A stretch of 64,000 bases of DNA from the NCBI GenBank assembly GCA_963784835.1, contig CAWASM010000005.1, positions 70,795-134,794 of the forward strand, read 5' to 3'. Under the pieces are notes generated by a model, which saw only the letters and a program-made list of their open reading frames with translations, was not told the DNA's origin and ran no database searches. The translations under genes were made by a program, and so were the position numbers. Below, piece by piece: positions 40,000 to 50,434 of the stretch (position 1 is the stretch's first letter; the number at the start of each line of letters is the position of its first letter). The DNA is from an uncultured Actinomycetes bacterium. GTDB lineage: Bacteria; Actinomycetota; Thermoleophilia; RBG-16-64-13.

Positions 40000-40455
40000 G
40001 TGGACATGCTGAAAGACTTCAAGGCGTTCATCGACAAGGGCAACCTGATCCAGTTGGCCGTGGCCTTCATAATGGGCGTCACGTTCGCCGCCGTTGTCAC
40101 GTCGCTGGTCAAGGACATCATCATGCCCGCCGTGGGACTCGGCTTGGGAGGCGTGGACTTCTCCAACCTGTTCGTTGTTATCAAGGACGGTGTCCCGGGC
40201 GGGGCGTACGCAACCCTCGTCGATGCGCAGACGGCCGGCGCCGTCACCATCAACTACGGGGTGTTCGTCAACGCCATCATGACCTTCCTCATCGTGGCCA
40301 TCGTGCTGTTCTTCGTCATCAAGGCGTACTCGAAGGTCTCCAAGCCGAAGGCGCCGACCACCAAGGACTGCCCGTTCTGCACCACGGCCATCGCGATCGC
40401 GGCGACCCGTTGCCCGGCCTGCACATCGGAGCTGCCGGCCGCCGAAAAGGCCTAG
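40000..40455 (+). CDS. mscL: Large-conductance mechanosensitive channel with C-terminal CxxC..CxxC extension
   Basis: FKAFIDKGNLIQLAVAFIMGVTFAAVVTSLVKDIIMP and INYGVFVNAIMTFLIVAIVLFFVIK are MscL TM1/TM2. The tail is DCPFCTTAIAIAATRCPACTS. Confidence 0.9.
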   Translation: MDMLKDFKAFIDKGNLIQLAVAFIMGVTFAAVVTSLVKDIIMPAVGLGLGGVDFSNLFVVIKDGVPGGAYATLVDAQTAGAVTINYGVFVNAIMTFLIVAIVLFFVIKAYSKVSKPKAPTTKDCPFCTTAIAIAATRCPACTSELPAAEKA

Positions 40456-40489
40456 CGCCGCCGGACTCACTCCGCAATCGACCGCCGCC

Positions 40490-40520
40490 GGAGGGGCGGG
40501 CGTTCACGCCCCGCCCCTCC
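40490..40520 (+). terminator. GC-rich hairpin after mscL
   Basis: ggaggggcgggcg-ttca-cgccccgcccctcc. The downstream T tract is weak. Confidence 0.45.
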
Positions 40521-40523
40521 GTC

Positions 40524-40529
40524 TATACT
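40524..40529 (+). promoter_or_regulatory. Putative -10 hexamer TATACT 10 nt upstream of the rlmKL ATG (near-leaderless)
   Basis: gtcTATACTctagggcatcATG. The same hexamer is seen at 12014-12019 and, on the minus strand, at 29164-29169 and 27191-27196. Confidence 0.3.
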
Positions 40530-40539
40530 CTAGGGCATC

Positions 40540-42787
40540 ATGCCGCTAGCTTCCTCTCATGACCAAGTCTTCTTTGCCACCAGTCTGCGCAACACAGAAG
40601 GGCTGTTGCTGGACGAACTCCGCTCGCTGGGCGCCACCGACGCGGCCGAGACCAGGGGTGGCGTCGCCTTCACCGGAGCGCTCTCACTGGCCTACCGGGT
40701 GTGCCTCTGGTCGCGAGTGGCCGGCCGAGTGCTCCTCCGCCTCGCCTCCTTTGCCGCCGAGAGCCCGGACGACCTCTACGCCGCGGTGCACGAACTCCCC
40801 TGGGAAGACCACATGTCGGTCACCGGCACCCTGGCCGTCGAAGTGACCTCGGCCGTCAGCCGGGGTCCATTCGCTCAGGTCAACACCCACTTCGTCGAAC
40901 AGCGGGTCAAAGACGCGGTGGTCGACCGCTTCCGGGCCCAAACGGGGAGCCGGCCTGGTGTCGACCTGGCCCGGCCGGACATCCGCATCAGCCTTCACAT
41001 CGCTCCCGCCGAGGCGGTCGTCAGCCTCGACCTCTCTGGGGACAGCCTACACCGGCGTGGATACCGTATGGAGGGCGGGGAGGCCCCGCTCAAGGAGAAC
41101 CTGGCCGCGGCCGTCCTGCTTCGGGCAGGATGGCCGGCCATAGCCTCCAAGGGCGGGGCTCTGGTCGACCCAATGTGCGGTTCGGGCACCCTACTGGTGG
41201 AAGGCGCCTTCATGGCCGCCGACATCGCCCCCGGGCTCTTGAGAGAGTACTTCGGCTTCCAGGGGTGGAAGGGATTCGAACCCGCAGAGTGGGCCGATCT
41301 CATACGGGAAGCCGAGGAGCGGCGCGCGCATGGGCTGAAGAGTCTGCCTCCCATCGTGGGGTTCGATATCGACGACAGGGCCGTGGGGACGGCCCGCGCC
41401 AACGCCCGCAGAGCGGGCCTCGCGGGCCGCATCATGCTGGAACGACGCGGGCTGGCCGCACTCACCGGCCTGGACCGGCCGGCCGGCCAGGGTCACCCGG
41501 CCCCAGTGAGCGTCCCGGGCCTCCTCGTGACCAACCCCCCCTACGGCAAGCGGCTCGGGGATGCGTTGGAGTTGGTGGAGACCTACGAGACCCTGGGCCA
41601 GAAGCTGAAGGAGCACTTCTCTGGGTGGGAAGCCGCGATCTTCACAGGCAATCCCGACTTAGGCGCTCACCTCGGGTTGCGGGCCCACCGGGTCAACGTC
41701 CTGTTCAACGGGCCGCTGGAGTGCAAGCTGCTGCTCTTCCACATCGGTGATCCTCGCAGCGCCGACAAACAAACTGCCGGCCGGCGGCGCCGGCGCTGAA
41801 GAGGCGGGAATCGGCGATCCCCTCTCAGAAGGCGCGCTGATGTTCGCCAACCGCCTCCGCAAGAACCTCAAGCATCTGCGGTCGTGGGTAGCCCGGGAGA
41901 ACATCCAGTGCTACCGAGCCTACGACGCCGATCTGCCGGAGTACGCTGTGGCCGTCGATCTCTACGGGGATCGGGCGCACGTTCAGGAGTACGCGCCTCC
42001 AGCTACTGTGGACCCGGTCCGGGCGCGGCGCCGGTTGAAGGAGGCGGTGGCTGCCGTCCCCGGAGTACTGGGGATCCCGGCTTCCCAGGTGGTGGTGAAG
42101 ATCCGGAGGCCGCAGCGAGGCCCCGAGCAATACCAGAAGCTGGGCGCCGAAGGGCGCCTGATGGAGGTGGAAGAGAGCGGCCTGCGCTTCCTGGTGAACT
42201 TGACCGACTACCTCGACACGGGCCTGTTCCTCGATCACCGGATCACCCGGAGCCTCATCCGCGAGATGGCCTCTGGGCGGCGCTTCCTCAATCTGTTCGC
42301 CTACACGGGCTCTGCCTCCGTGTACGCCGCGGCCGGAGGGGCGACCGCCACCACCACCATCGACCTGTCGCCCACCTATTTGGACTGGGCCCGGCGCAAC
42401 ATGGCCCTCAACGGGTTCACAGGCCCCGAGCACAGCTACGCGCGGGCCGACTGCGTGGAGTGGCTGGCGACGGCCGGCGCTCGGAACACCGCGCGCGCGA
42501 CCGGGGACTACGGCCTTATCTTCCTGGACGCCCCCACCTTCTCCAACTCAAAGAGCATGAGCGACTCTCTGGACATCCAGGACGACCACCCCGCCCTCAT
42601 CCGGCCGGCCGTGCGCCTGCTTTCCCCGGGTGGCGTCCTCTTGTTCTCCACCAATTCCCGCCGTTTTAAGCTCGACCTTGAGCTTTCCGAGGAATTCGCG
42701 GTCGCCGACATCAGCGCACAGACTATCCCGCCGGACTTCGCGCGCAATCCCCGTATCCACAAGTGCTACCTCATCCATGGCCGCTGA
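40540..42787 (+). CDS. rlmL: Bifunctional 23S rRNA methyltransferase RlmKL (THUMP + two SAM-MTase domains); one frame break near 41780
   Basis: The N-terminal THUMP/MTase part (LVDPMCGSGTLLVEGA, LVTNPPYG) is in ORF 40540-41799. The C-terminal RlmK-like part (FANRLRKNLKHLRSW, FLNLFAYTGSASV, IFLDAPTFSNS) is in ORF 41747-42787. Confidence 0.85.
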
Positions 42788-44514
42788 TCCCCCTCGCATG
42801 CCGGGCAATGGCGAGTTGGCCGCGCTCTTTGGCCAGATAGCCGGCTACTTGGCCCTGGAGGACGAGTCCATCTACCGTGTCATCGCCTACGAGAAGGCCG
42901 CCACCCTCTTCGCCGACCACCCGCTGTCCATCGCCGAGATGGCCGGCAAGGGCGAGCTTCGCGCATTGCCGGGCGTAGGTGAGGCCATCGAGGCCAAAGG
43001 TCTTGGAGTACATCGCCACCGGCGAGATCGCTTTCTTGGAGGGACTCCGGGAGCGCTATCCCGAGGGGTTGCTCGACGTCATGGGCCTGCCCGGGATGGG
43101 AGCCAAGAGGGCGCGCCTGCTCTGGGAGGCGGCCGGCATCGTCGATCTGCGCAGTCTGGAGCGGGCCTGCCGCGAAGGCCGAGTCCGCGATATCCCCGGC
43201 ATGGGCGACCGGACTGAGGCCAAGCTGCTCCGCGCCCTGGAGGCCCACGGGCTGGCAGCTGCCGGCGGAAAAGAGGTCCGCCGCCTACGCTCCGCAGTCG
43301 AGCCCCAAGCGGCCCATCTGGTACAGGCGCTACGCGAACATCCCGAAGTCTCGTCCGCCGACTACGCCGGAAGCCTCCGTCGCCTGCGGTCCACGATCGG
43401 GGACATCGACTTGGTGGCCGCGTCGTCTTCTCCGGTGGCCGTCATGGACTTCTTCGCCTCCCTGCCGGAAGTGGCCCGGGTCGACGAGCGCGGCGACACC
43501 AAGCTGGTGGCCAAGACCCACACCGGCCTGGGGGTGGACCTCCGCATAGTCCCTCCCGAGTCGTACGGAGACCTGTTGCAACACTTCACCGGCAGTGCCG
43601 CCCACAACGTGGCTCTGCGCGCGTACGCCCAACGGCGCGGCTACAAGATCAGCGAGTACCACGTCGAGCACCTCGAGACCGGCCGGCAGATCGCCTGCGC
43701 GACTGAAGAGGAGGTGTACGGACTGGTGGGTCTGCTCTACATCCCTCCGGAGCTGCGGGAAGACCAGGGGGAGATCAAGGCGGCCGAGGGAGGATCGCTC
43801 CCTGACTTGGTGTCGCTCCCCGATCTGCGCGGAGACCTGCATGTCCACTCCGATTGGACCGACGGCCGCGCCACCTTGGAAGAGATGGCTCTCGCCGCGC
43901 GGGCCAGGGGTCTGGACTATCTCTGCTTTTGTGACCACTCCCAGGCGCTGGGCATGACCGGAGGCCTGAGCCCCGAGCGCCTGCTGGCGCAGATAGAGGC
44001 CATCAGAGACCTGGACGCTCGCTTGGAAGGCATCCGGCTTCTGGCCGGCATCGAGGTGGATATCCTCGCCGACGGGCGGCTTGACCTGCCCGATGACAGC
44101 CTCGCCTGTTTGGACTTTGTCACCGCCAGCATCCACTCCGGGTTCGGCCAGCCTCAGCCCAAGATCATGGCACGGCTTACCAGCGCCATGCGCAACCCGC
44201 ATGTGCGTTCTATCGGCCATCCCACCGGCCGCCTCCTCGGACGGCGTGACTCCTATGAGGTCGACATGGAGATGTTGGCCCAAGTGGCCGCCGAAACCGG
44301 CACCTATCTCGAGATCAACGGATCGCCCGACCGGCTCGATCTGACGGCGCAGGCGGCGCGCCGCGCGGCCGCCTTGGGCGTGAGACTGGTCATAAGCAGC
44401 GACGCGCACAGCCCGGCCGACTTCGACAATCTTCGCTACGGAGTGCAGGAGGCCCGGCGCGGCTGGCTGACCGCGAGCGAAGTGGCCAACAGCCGGCCCT
44501 GGGGATCGCTCTAG
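42777..44514 (+). CDS. polX: DNA polymerase X family protein with PHP domain; one frame break near 43000
   Basis: HhH motifs LPGVGEAIEAK and LPGMGAKRA, the polymerase core GSLRRLRSTIGDIDLV, and the PHP motifs LHVHSDWTDG and ISSDAH. Confidence 0.85.
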
Positions 44515-44753
44515 AGGACCGACCCGCCGGCTCGGTTCTTGGGATGACAGTAGTTGTTGGCCCCAGCCGCAACCGCGCCCAAGAGGCGATAGAAACCACA
44601 CTCGGGCAGCTTCTCGATCCAGCAACCGCAAGCGGCCCGAGCCACCTGGCCGAGGCGTTCGGCCGAGTACGAGCGGTCACCAGCTAAGCAGTATTCCGGC
44701 AAGCGGACGTCTGCGCCGCAACCAGGGCATTTCCAAGTATGGGGAGTAGCCAT
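44511..44753 (-). CDS. Hypothetical small Cys-rich protein (80 aa, 7 Cys)
   Basis: Intact ORF beginning MATPHTWKCPGCGADV. It overlaps the polX stop convergently by 4 nt. No family recognised. Confidence 0.3.
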   Translation of the reverse strand: MATPHTWKCPGCGADVRLPEYCLAGDRSYSAERLGQVARAACGCWIEKLPECGFYRLLGAVAAGANNYCHPKNRAGGSVL

Positions 44754-44861
44754 GAGCCGCCTGTACGAAGGACTATCTCGCGCTCAGAGGCGCGAACCCG
44801 ACGCTTGGATTATCGGCCGGAGAGGGCCACCTCATGAGCGGCGCAAACGGAGTCGGCGCCC

Positions 44862-46643
44862 CTACTCTATCTTGACCCCGCAGATCTTCTGTCCCCGGGT
44901 CCCCACCACGATCATGTTGCCGTAGGCGGCGGGGGAAGCCTCGATGTTGGTGCCCAGATCCAGGGTGGAAAGCACCTTGCCGGTGGTGCCTTCGATCAGG
45001 AACATGGTGCCCACCGAGTCACACTGCACGATGTAGCTCTTGCCGGCCGGGGTGTAGATGGCGATAGGCGAGCTCCAGCAGTAGTTGGTCATGTCTAGTT
45101 TCCAGACTTCCTCGCCGGTCTTCTTATCTAAAGCGACCAGGATCCCGGAGTTTGCTCCCGGCGTGCGGGCGATGGGGTAGATGACCAGATCCGCGATGTC
45201 TTTCTTACCTAAGACAGGAGTAGCCTGCACCCCTCCGGAGACCCCGCTTATGGTGTAGCAGGGATAATCCGGGGTCTTCCACACGATCTCGCCGGTGGCG
45301 GCGTTTATCTTCCATACCGGGATGCCGCCCTTGCGGGTGGTGCCGCTGCCGGTGGCGGTGATATGCAGAGAAGTGGAGATGTAGATGTAACAGGTGCCGG
45401 AAGCGGGGTCTTCTTCGAAGACAGGCGTGGTGTTGGTGTCGTCAAGCACGTCCTGCGCCCAGATCATCTGCATGGTGTTTAAGTCATAGCACATGAGCTT
45501 GCCGCCGTTATCGGCGATGTAGAGGTAATGCTTGTAGATGACGCCGGAGTCTTCCATGCCCCACCAGCGGTGGTTGGGGGAGTTGTCTCCGCTCACACTG
45601 TAGTCGGGGGCGGTGTAGCGCAGCTTCACCGGTTCATCCGGGTCCACCGTGAGGGTGCCGGCGACGGGATCGTAGGCGGTGTTTAGGCGGATGGTGTAAA
45701 GGATGCCGTTCTCGCCCGGCTCGATTATGGTGTCGGCTTTTGCGTCAAAAAGAGCGCTGGAGTCATAAGCATGCCAGGCCCTGAAGGAGAGCGGGTCGGG
45801 CTTGGTGCCAAAGGTGTAGAGCTGTTTTTGGTCGATCAGGCTGTAGAGCCGGGCCCGTACCGCCTGTCCGCCGGCGGCATCGTCGCCGTGGCCTACAAAA
45901 AGCAGGGGGGTGCCGTCGGGATAGAGGCTGCCCGTGCCTTTAAAGGGGCCGCCTCCGGTGTTTATGACCGGGCGGGTGGCGCTGCCGTCGGAGAGATCAA
46001 GAAAGTAGATGCGGCCGTCTAGACAAGGGTAGATGACCTCGATGAGGTCAGGGTCGGCCTTCTTTACGTCTTTTAAGTTCATTATCTGTTTGGTGGCCTC
46101 AGGCCATTTGACGATGAGGGGCTGTCCGGTCCAACCCGAGCCGGTCCAGGAACCTTCCCCGCCGGGCTTGGGCACGCTGCCGGAGGGGACGCTCCACTCC
46201 AGGGTGAGCTTACTAAGCGTCACCTCAGCGGTGCCGTAGGTGGGGCTGTCGCGGTAGTTGTTGCCGCGGAAGGTGATGATGCCCTCCAGAGCCGTGTAGG
46301 CGTCGCCCGGTCCGAAGTCGATGGGGTCGGCTCTCGTAAAGGAGGCCACCTTCTGGCCGTTCACGTAGGTGCCGGTGGAAAGCTTAAGAGCGGCGGGGGT
46401 GGTGTCGGCGGCGGGGGCGACCGTCATGTTAACGGTGGGTAGGGTGGTGGTGGTGGGTTCGGTGGAGGTGGTGCCCGCTTCACCGCCCGAGCCGCACCCC
46501 CCGCCGCGCGTCGCGATCAAGATGATGAGCGCAACGACGATGATGGCCGCCAAGAGTACGAGCCATCGCATAATGACCCGACGGCGCCGTTCGCGCCGCC
46601 GCTGCTGCGTGCTTCGTCTGTTGTCGTACCGCCATTCGGCCAC
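44862..46643 (-). CDS. Membrane-anchored PQQ-like/BamB-type beta-propeller repeat protein
   Basis: Arg-rich N-terminus, one TM segment, a Thr-rich linker, then repeated W/Y-x-G-beta-strand blades (IVWKTPD, MIWAQDV, EVWKLDM). The ORF is intact and visibly more AT-rich than its neighbours. Confidence 0.8.
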   Translation of the reverse strand: MAEWRYDNRRSTQQRRRERRRRVIMRWLVLLAAIIVVALIILIATRGGGCGSGGEAGTTSTEPTTTTLPTVNMTVAPAADTTPAALKLSTGTYVNGQKVASFTRADPIDFGPGDAYTALEGIITFRGNNYRDSPTYGTAEVTLSKLTLEWSVPSGSVPKPGGEGSWTGSGWTGQPLIVKWPEATKQIMNLKDVKKADPDLIEVIYPCLDGRIYFLDLSDGSATRPVINTGGGPFKGTGSLYPDGTPLLFVGHGDDAAGGQAVRARLYSLIDQKQLYTFGTKPDPLSFRAWHAYDSSALFDAKADTIIEPGENGILYTIRLNTAYDPVAGTLTVDPDEPVKLRYTAPDYSVSGDNSPNHRWWGMEDSGVIYKHYLYIADNGGKLMCYDLNTMQMIWAQDVLDDTNTTPVFEEDPASGTCYIYISTSLHITATGSGTTRKGGIPVWKINAATGEIVWKTPDYPCYTISGVSGGVQATPVLGKKDIADLVIYPIARTPGANSGILVALDKKTGEEVWKLDMTNYCWSSPIAIYTPAGKSYIVQCDSVGTMFLIEGTTGKVLSTLDLGTNIEASPAAYGNMIVVGTRGQKICGVKIE

Positions 46644-46648
46644 GGACG

Positions 46649-47139
46649 CTATTCTCCCATCAGTTCGAGCATCTTACGACCGAACACGCCGGCCGAGTTG
46701 TCCGTGAACGCCGCCCGCTCCGGCTCGACCCGGTACACCCCGATGTCTCGCAGAGTCTCAGCGTGCCGCGGAAGCCGCGTCAGATCGCGCACGAAGGGAA
46801 AGCGCCGCAGGTAGACCATGAAGGCCCCTGCCCTAGCCATCCCTGTCAGTAGACGGGCTTGGCCCCACAGTTGCACGCCTTGAATGCTCTCCCAGTCGTC
46901 GTACTGCTCTGTCACGGTGACCGCCACGGGCGCGGCGGCTCCTATGTGCGACCCGTGCACGCTGTCGGTCTTGCTAAGAACACCAAGCGAAGCTCGTCAT
47001 CCACGGCGTAAAAGACGCTGGCCGCATGGGGACTGTTCCCCCCTTCCCCAGCAGTCGCGATGGTCATAGTGTGGTGGTCGCGCAGGTAGTCCGCCACTTG
47101 GACACGCAGTTCAGCGTTATCCAGGGACCGCATCCACAC
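46649..47139 (-). CDS. Pyridoxamine 5'-phosphate oxidase-like FMN-binding protein; one frame break near 46965
   Basis: HHTMTIATAGEGGNSPHAASVFYAVDDELRLVFL is in ORF 46942-47139. GVQLWGQARLL...YRVEPERAAFTDN is in ORF 46649-46960. Confidence 0.7.
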
Positions 47140-47752
47140 CCCGCCAGCGCTCGAACAGCCCTTTGTCCACCCCGAACTGATCGAGTATTTTGCCCACCGT
47201 CTGATCCACCAGGTCTCCGATGGTGCGAGGCCTGTGATAGAACGCGGGGACCGGAGGGAGCACCACAGCGCCGTACTCCGTCACCGCCGACATCAGCCGC
47301 AGGTGGCCAAGGTGCAGCGGAGTCTCCCGCACCACCAGCACCAGCTTCCGCCGCTCCTTGAGCGTGACATCCGCGGCCCGCGCCAGAAGCGTGTCCGCAT
47401 GGCAGCCGGCGACGGCCGCGAGGCTCTTGATGGAGCAGGGGGCCACGACCATCCCCATGGTCCGAAACGACCCCGAGGCGATGGCGGCATCGATGTCCGT
47501 GGGCTCATAGTGGTAGTCTGCCAGGGCCTCCACCTGCTCCGAAGTATGCTCCGTCTCGAGCACCATCACCCGCCTGGCGGCCTCGCTCAGAACCAGGTGG
47601 GTCTCGATGGGCGTGTCACGGAGCACCTCGAGCAGCCGGATACCGAATATGGTACCGGACGCCCCGGTGATCCCCACCACCAGACGGCGGACCCCAGGCG
47701 ACTCAGCCCGGGCCGCCCCTGTCGCCCCTTGTGCTATCCCTGCCTCACTCAC
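47117..47752 (-). CDS. ubiX: Flavin prenyltransferase UbiX
   Basis: VVGITGASGTIFGIRLL, MVVAPCSIKSLAAVA and VLVVRETPLHLGHL. A GTG start at 47752 is chosen because the longer ORF overlaps the MoaD-like gene. Confidence 0.85.
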   Translation of the reverse strand: MSEAGIAQGATGAARAESPGVRRLVVGITGASGTIFGIRLLEVLRDTPIETHLVLSEAARRVMVLETEHTSEQVEALADYHYEPTDIDAAIASGSFRTMGMVVAPCSIKSLAAVAGCHADTLLARAADVTLKERRKLVLVVRETPLHLGHLRLMSAVTEYGAVVLPPVPAFYHRPRTIGDLVDQTVGKILDQFGVDKGLFERWRGVDAVPG

Positions 47753-47762
47753 AGCGACGATT

Positions 47763-48032
47763 CTACCCTCCTCCGATGGGCGGCAGCAGTCGGATCTCGT
47801 CCCCTTCGGCAAGAGGCGTGTCCAAACCCTGTCCCTGCCGGACGTTGCGCCCGTTGACAAAGACTCCCACCCAGATGTCACCGTCGGCGCGGAATATCCT
47901 GGACTTGAGGCGCGGGTCACGGGCGACGCAATCGGCCAGAGCCTCTGCCACGGTGTGCCCCTCACATTCCAGACCCGCCGCCCCCGCGCCATCCGCAAGC
48001 CCTACCGGCAATCTCATCAAAGCCTTGGCCAC
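47763..48032 (-). CDS. MoaD/ThiS-family ubiquitin-like sulfur-carrier protein
   Basis: 89 aa ending in PPIGGG, with the typical VFVNGRNV...GDEIRLLPP pattern. Confidence 0.8.
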   Translation of the reverse strand: MAKALMRLPVGLADGAGAAGLECEGHTVAEALADCVARDPRLKSRIFRADGDIWVGVFVNGRNVRQGQGLDTPLAEGDEIRLLPPIGGG

Positions 48033-48071
48033 GAGATGATCTCCTCCCAGCCGCCTAGCCGCCCACCAAGC

Positions 48072-48548
48072 CTAGGCAGGCGCCGAACTCTTCTCCACCT
48101 TGCTCTGCCGCACGTCCACGGCCAGAACGTGGGGATTCTGACAGAAGGCCACACACTGGGGAGTGCCGTCACACAGGTCGCATTTGAAAGCCACCGCCCG
48201 ATCGGGATGCTCGTGGATGACCCCGTGAGGGCAGACGTCGTAACAGGTGCCGCAGTTCGTGCAAAGGTCTTCGTCCACCTTGAGGACGAACCCCTCCACC
48301 GGTGCGAGCCCCTCGGCGTGCACTAGAATGGGATGGCGCACGATCGCCCCGGCGGGGCAGGCCTCCTCGCACTTGGCACAGGCGGTCTGCAGGCAGGTGT
48401 TCCCTTTGACCGCGGTGCTCGTGGTATCGACTTCTACGCGCAGCCGCGCCACCGACGGGCGATACGCGCCCTCATGCCATGCGGAACAGGCCAGCTCGCA
48501 CATATGGCAGCCGGTGCACTTCTTGCTCGCTATCATGACGTGGGGCAT
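48072..48548 (-). CDS. Poly-ferredoxin (four 4Fe-4S cluster motifs), AOR electron-transfer subunit-like
   Basis: Cluster motifs CTGCHMCELAC, CAKCEEACP, CTNCGTCYDVCP and CDLCDGTPQCVAFC. Confidence 0.85.
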   Translation of the reverse strand: MPHVMIASKKCTGCHMCELACSAWHEGAYRPSVARLRVEVDTTSTAVKGNTCLQTACAKCEEACPAGAIVRHPILVHAEGLAPVEGFVLKVDEDLCTNCGTCYDVCPHGVIHEHPDRAVAFKCDLCDGTPQCVAFCQNPHVLAVDVRQSKVEKSSAPA

Positions 48549-48575
48549 CGATGTCCTCTCTTCAAGACCCGACGG

Positions 48576-50379
48576 TCACAGCCGCACGTCCACGCCGATC
48601 TCGGCCAACTTGGCCTCGGTCGGGACGCCGGTCTCGCTCCCAGCCCCGCACCGGTAGTACTCCTGCGAGAGCCTCCCCGAACGCCTGCTCGCCGATGCTC
48701 TTCCCGGCGGAAGGCCCTTCGGTGAAGGCGGACTCGGGGCGTAGAACTTGCGAGGCATAGTATCCGGCTCCACCCCTTCGCGCAGGTTCAAGAGCCGCCC
48801 AAGGTTCCAGATGCGCTCTCCGAAGAGCATGATCTCGTCGTCGGTGAACTCCCTCTTCCACACATGTTTGAGCATCTGCGACAGCTGTCGGGATTGACCG
48901 ACCAGAAGTCGCACCAGATGCCGCTGTACTTGACCGAGCTGAAGTGCTGCCCGATGAAGCCGTTGTCGACGTTGCCGCCGATGACCTGAGCGGCCTTGCC
49001 CTCCAAGCTGTCCGCGGGCCTGGTGCCTCCAGCACCTCGTCACCGATGGGATAGGCGCGCATGTGGCATCCACCCCGGTCGGACGTGGCGTACGCAAGGC
49101 TCATGCCGAACGCCCCTCGCGGATCGTAGCCGGGGATCTCCAGGTTCTTCACTTCCATCGCCAACTCGGGGACCCCATACTTGGCAGCCAGGCCCGCGCT
49201 CCGAGCGCGAGCTCCGCACCGGCGCCCTTCCGCGTCCGCCATAGGGCCGGGGCGGCGACATAGCCTTCGGGCTCGCCAAAACGCAACGCCCAGATCGACC
49301 ATGCCCGCTCTCGGTCATGTCCATGGCCAGCCCGACCACCGAGCCGCTCGAGATGGTGTCGAGACCCCACTCGTCGCACTCGTGATTGAAGCGCATCAGG
49401 GCCGCCAGATCGCCGACCCCGCAGTTGGATCCGCACAGAGCGATGGTCTCGTATTCCGGACCTTCGCCCTTCACGCCGCCGGCCTCGTGCACCTGGCGGC
49501 AGCCCAGAGCGCACTGGTAGCAGGCCCTATTGGCCACCTTGACCTTCTGGAAGGCCTCGGAGTTGATGCTCGCGGCGTCTTCGAAACTGCCCGCCGAAAA
49601 GTTGCGGGTGGGAGTGGCCCCGGCGCCGTTGACAGGGTCGACCAGGATGGGAGTGCCCTCCTCGTTGGCCCACAGGTTGGAGTCGGTGAGCACGTACTCC
49701 TTGTGGATCCGGGCGATGTCGGCAAGAAACGTGCCGTGCGTCGCCCACATTCACCGAGCCGGTGCCCCGGATGGCGACGGCCTTTAGATTCTTGGAGCCG
49801 AAGAGCGCGCCGTGACCGCCCCGCCCGGCCTTGTGGAACTGGTCGGTGCTGAGGCAGGCCCAGGGGATGAGATTCTCGCCTGCCGGGCCCGATGGAGAGC
49901 ACCTTGACTTGCGGGTCCAGATCGGCACGAAGGGCAGCTTCGATCGCGGAGGTCTTGAGCCCCCAGTACTTGCCCTCGGCGGGGAGGAACTCGACCTTGC
50001 CGTCCTTGATCCAGACCACCGTGGGCTGCGGAGCCTTGCCGGTGATGATGATGAGGTCGTAACCGGCGAACTTCATCTCGGGGGCGAACGAACCGCCCAC
50101 GTAGCTGTCGTCCAGGATGCCGGTGGTAGGGCTCTTCGCTCCCACCACCAGGCGCGAGGCGGTGCTCACGTTGGTGCCGGCGAACGGCCCTGTCACCAGG
50201 AAGACCGGGTTCTCGGGCGCCCAGGGATCGACGCGGGGTGGAACGTATTCCCACATGTACCTCAGGAGCAGGCCTTTGCCACCCAGATACCGCTCCGCCC
50301 AGTCCATGCGCAGGGGTTCGATGGCGGACGTGCCGGCACTGAGATCGACCCTTAGCACCTTGCCAGTGTAGAAGTCCAT
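48576..50379 (-). pseudogene. aor: Tungsten-type aldehyde:ferredoxin oxidoreductase (AOR family); 10 or more frame breaks
   Basis: Colinear motifs spread over three frames: MDFYTGKVLRVDLSAGT, GPFAGTNVSTASRLVVGAKSPTTG, GPAGENLIPWACL, GRGGHGALFGSKNLKAVAI and ACYQCALGC. They continue with EYETIALCGSNCG, DTISSG, ATSDRGGCHMRA and EYYR..GVPTEAKLAEIGV*. Confidence 0.8.
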
Positions 50380-50434
50380 ATATGCAAGGATATCGTATGA
50401 TGCGGGAGATAGATGAGGAGTATTTCGAGACGCC

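Noticed and set aside
50376-50400. AT-rich stretch CCATATATGCAAGGATATCGTATGA at the AOR/nth divergent region as a ModE TATAT-N7-TAYAT box
   Set aside because: The second half-site (TATCG) matches only 3 of 5 positions and there is no dyad symmetry. It is more simply the promoter and start-codon region of AOR.
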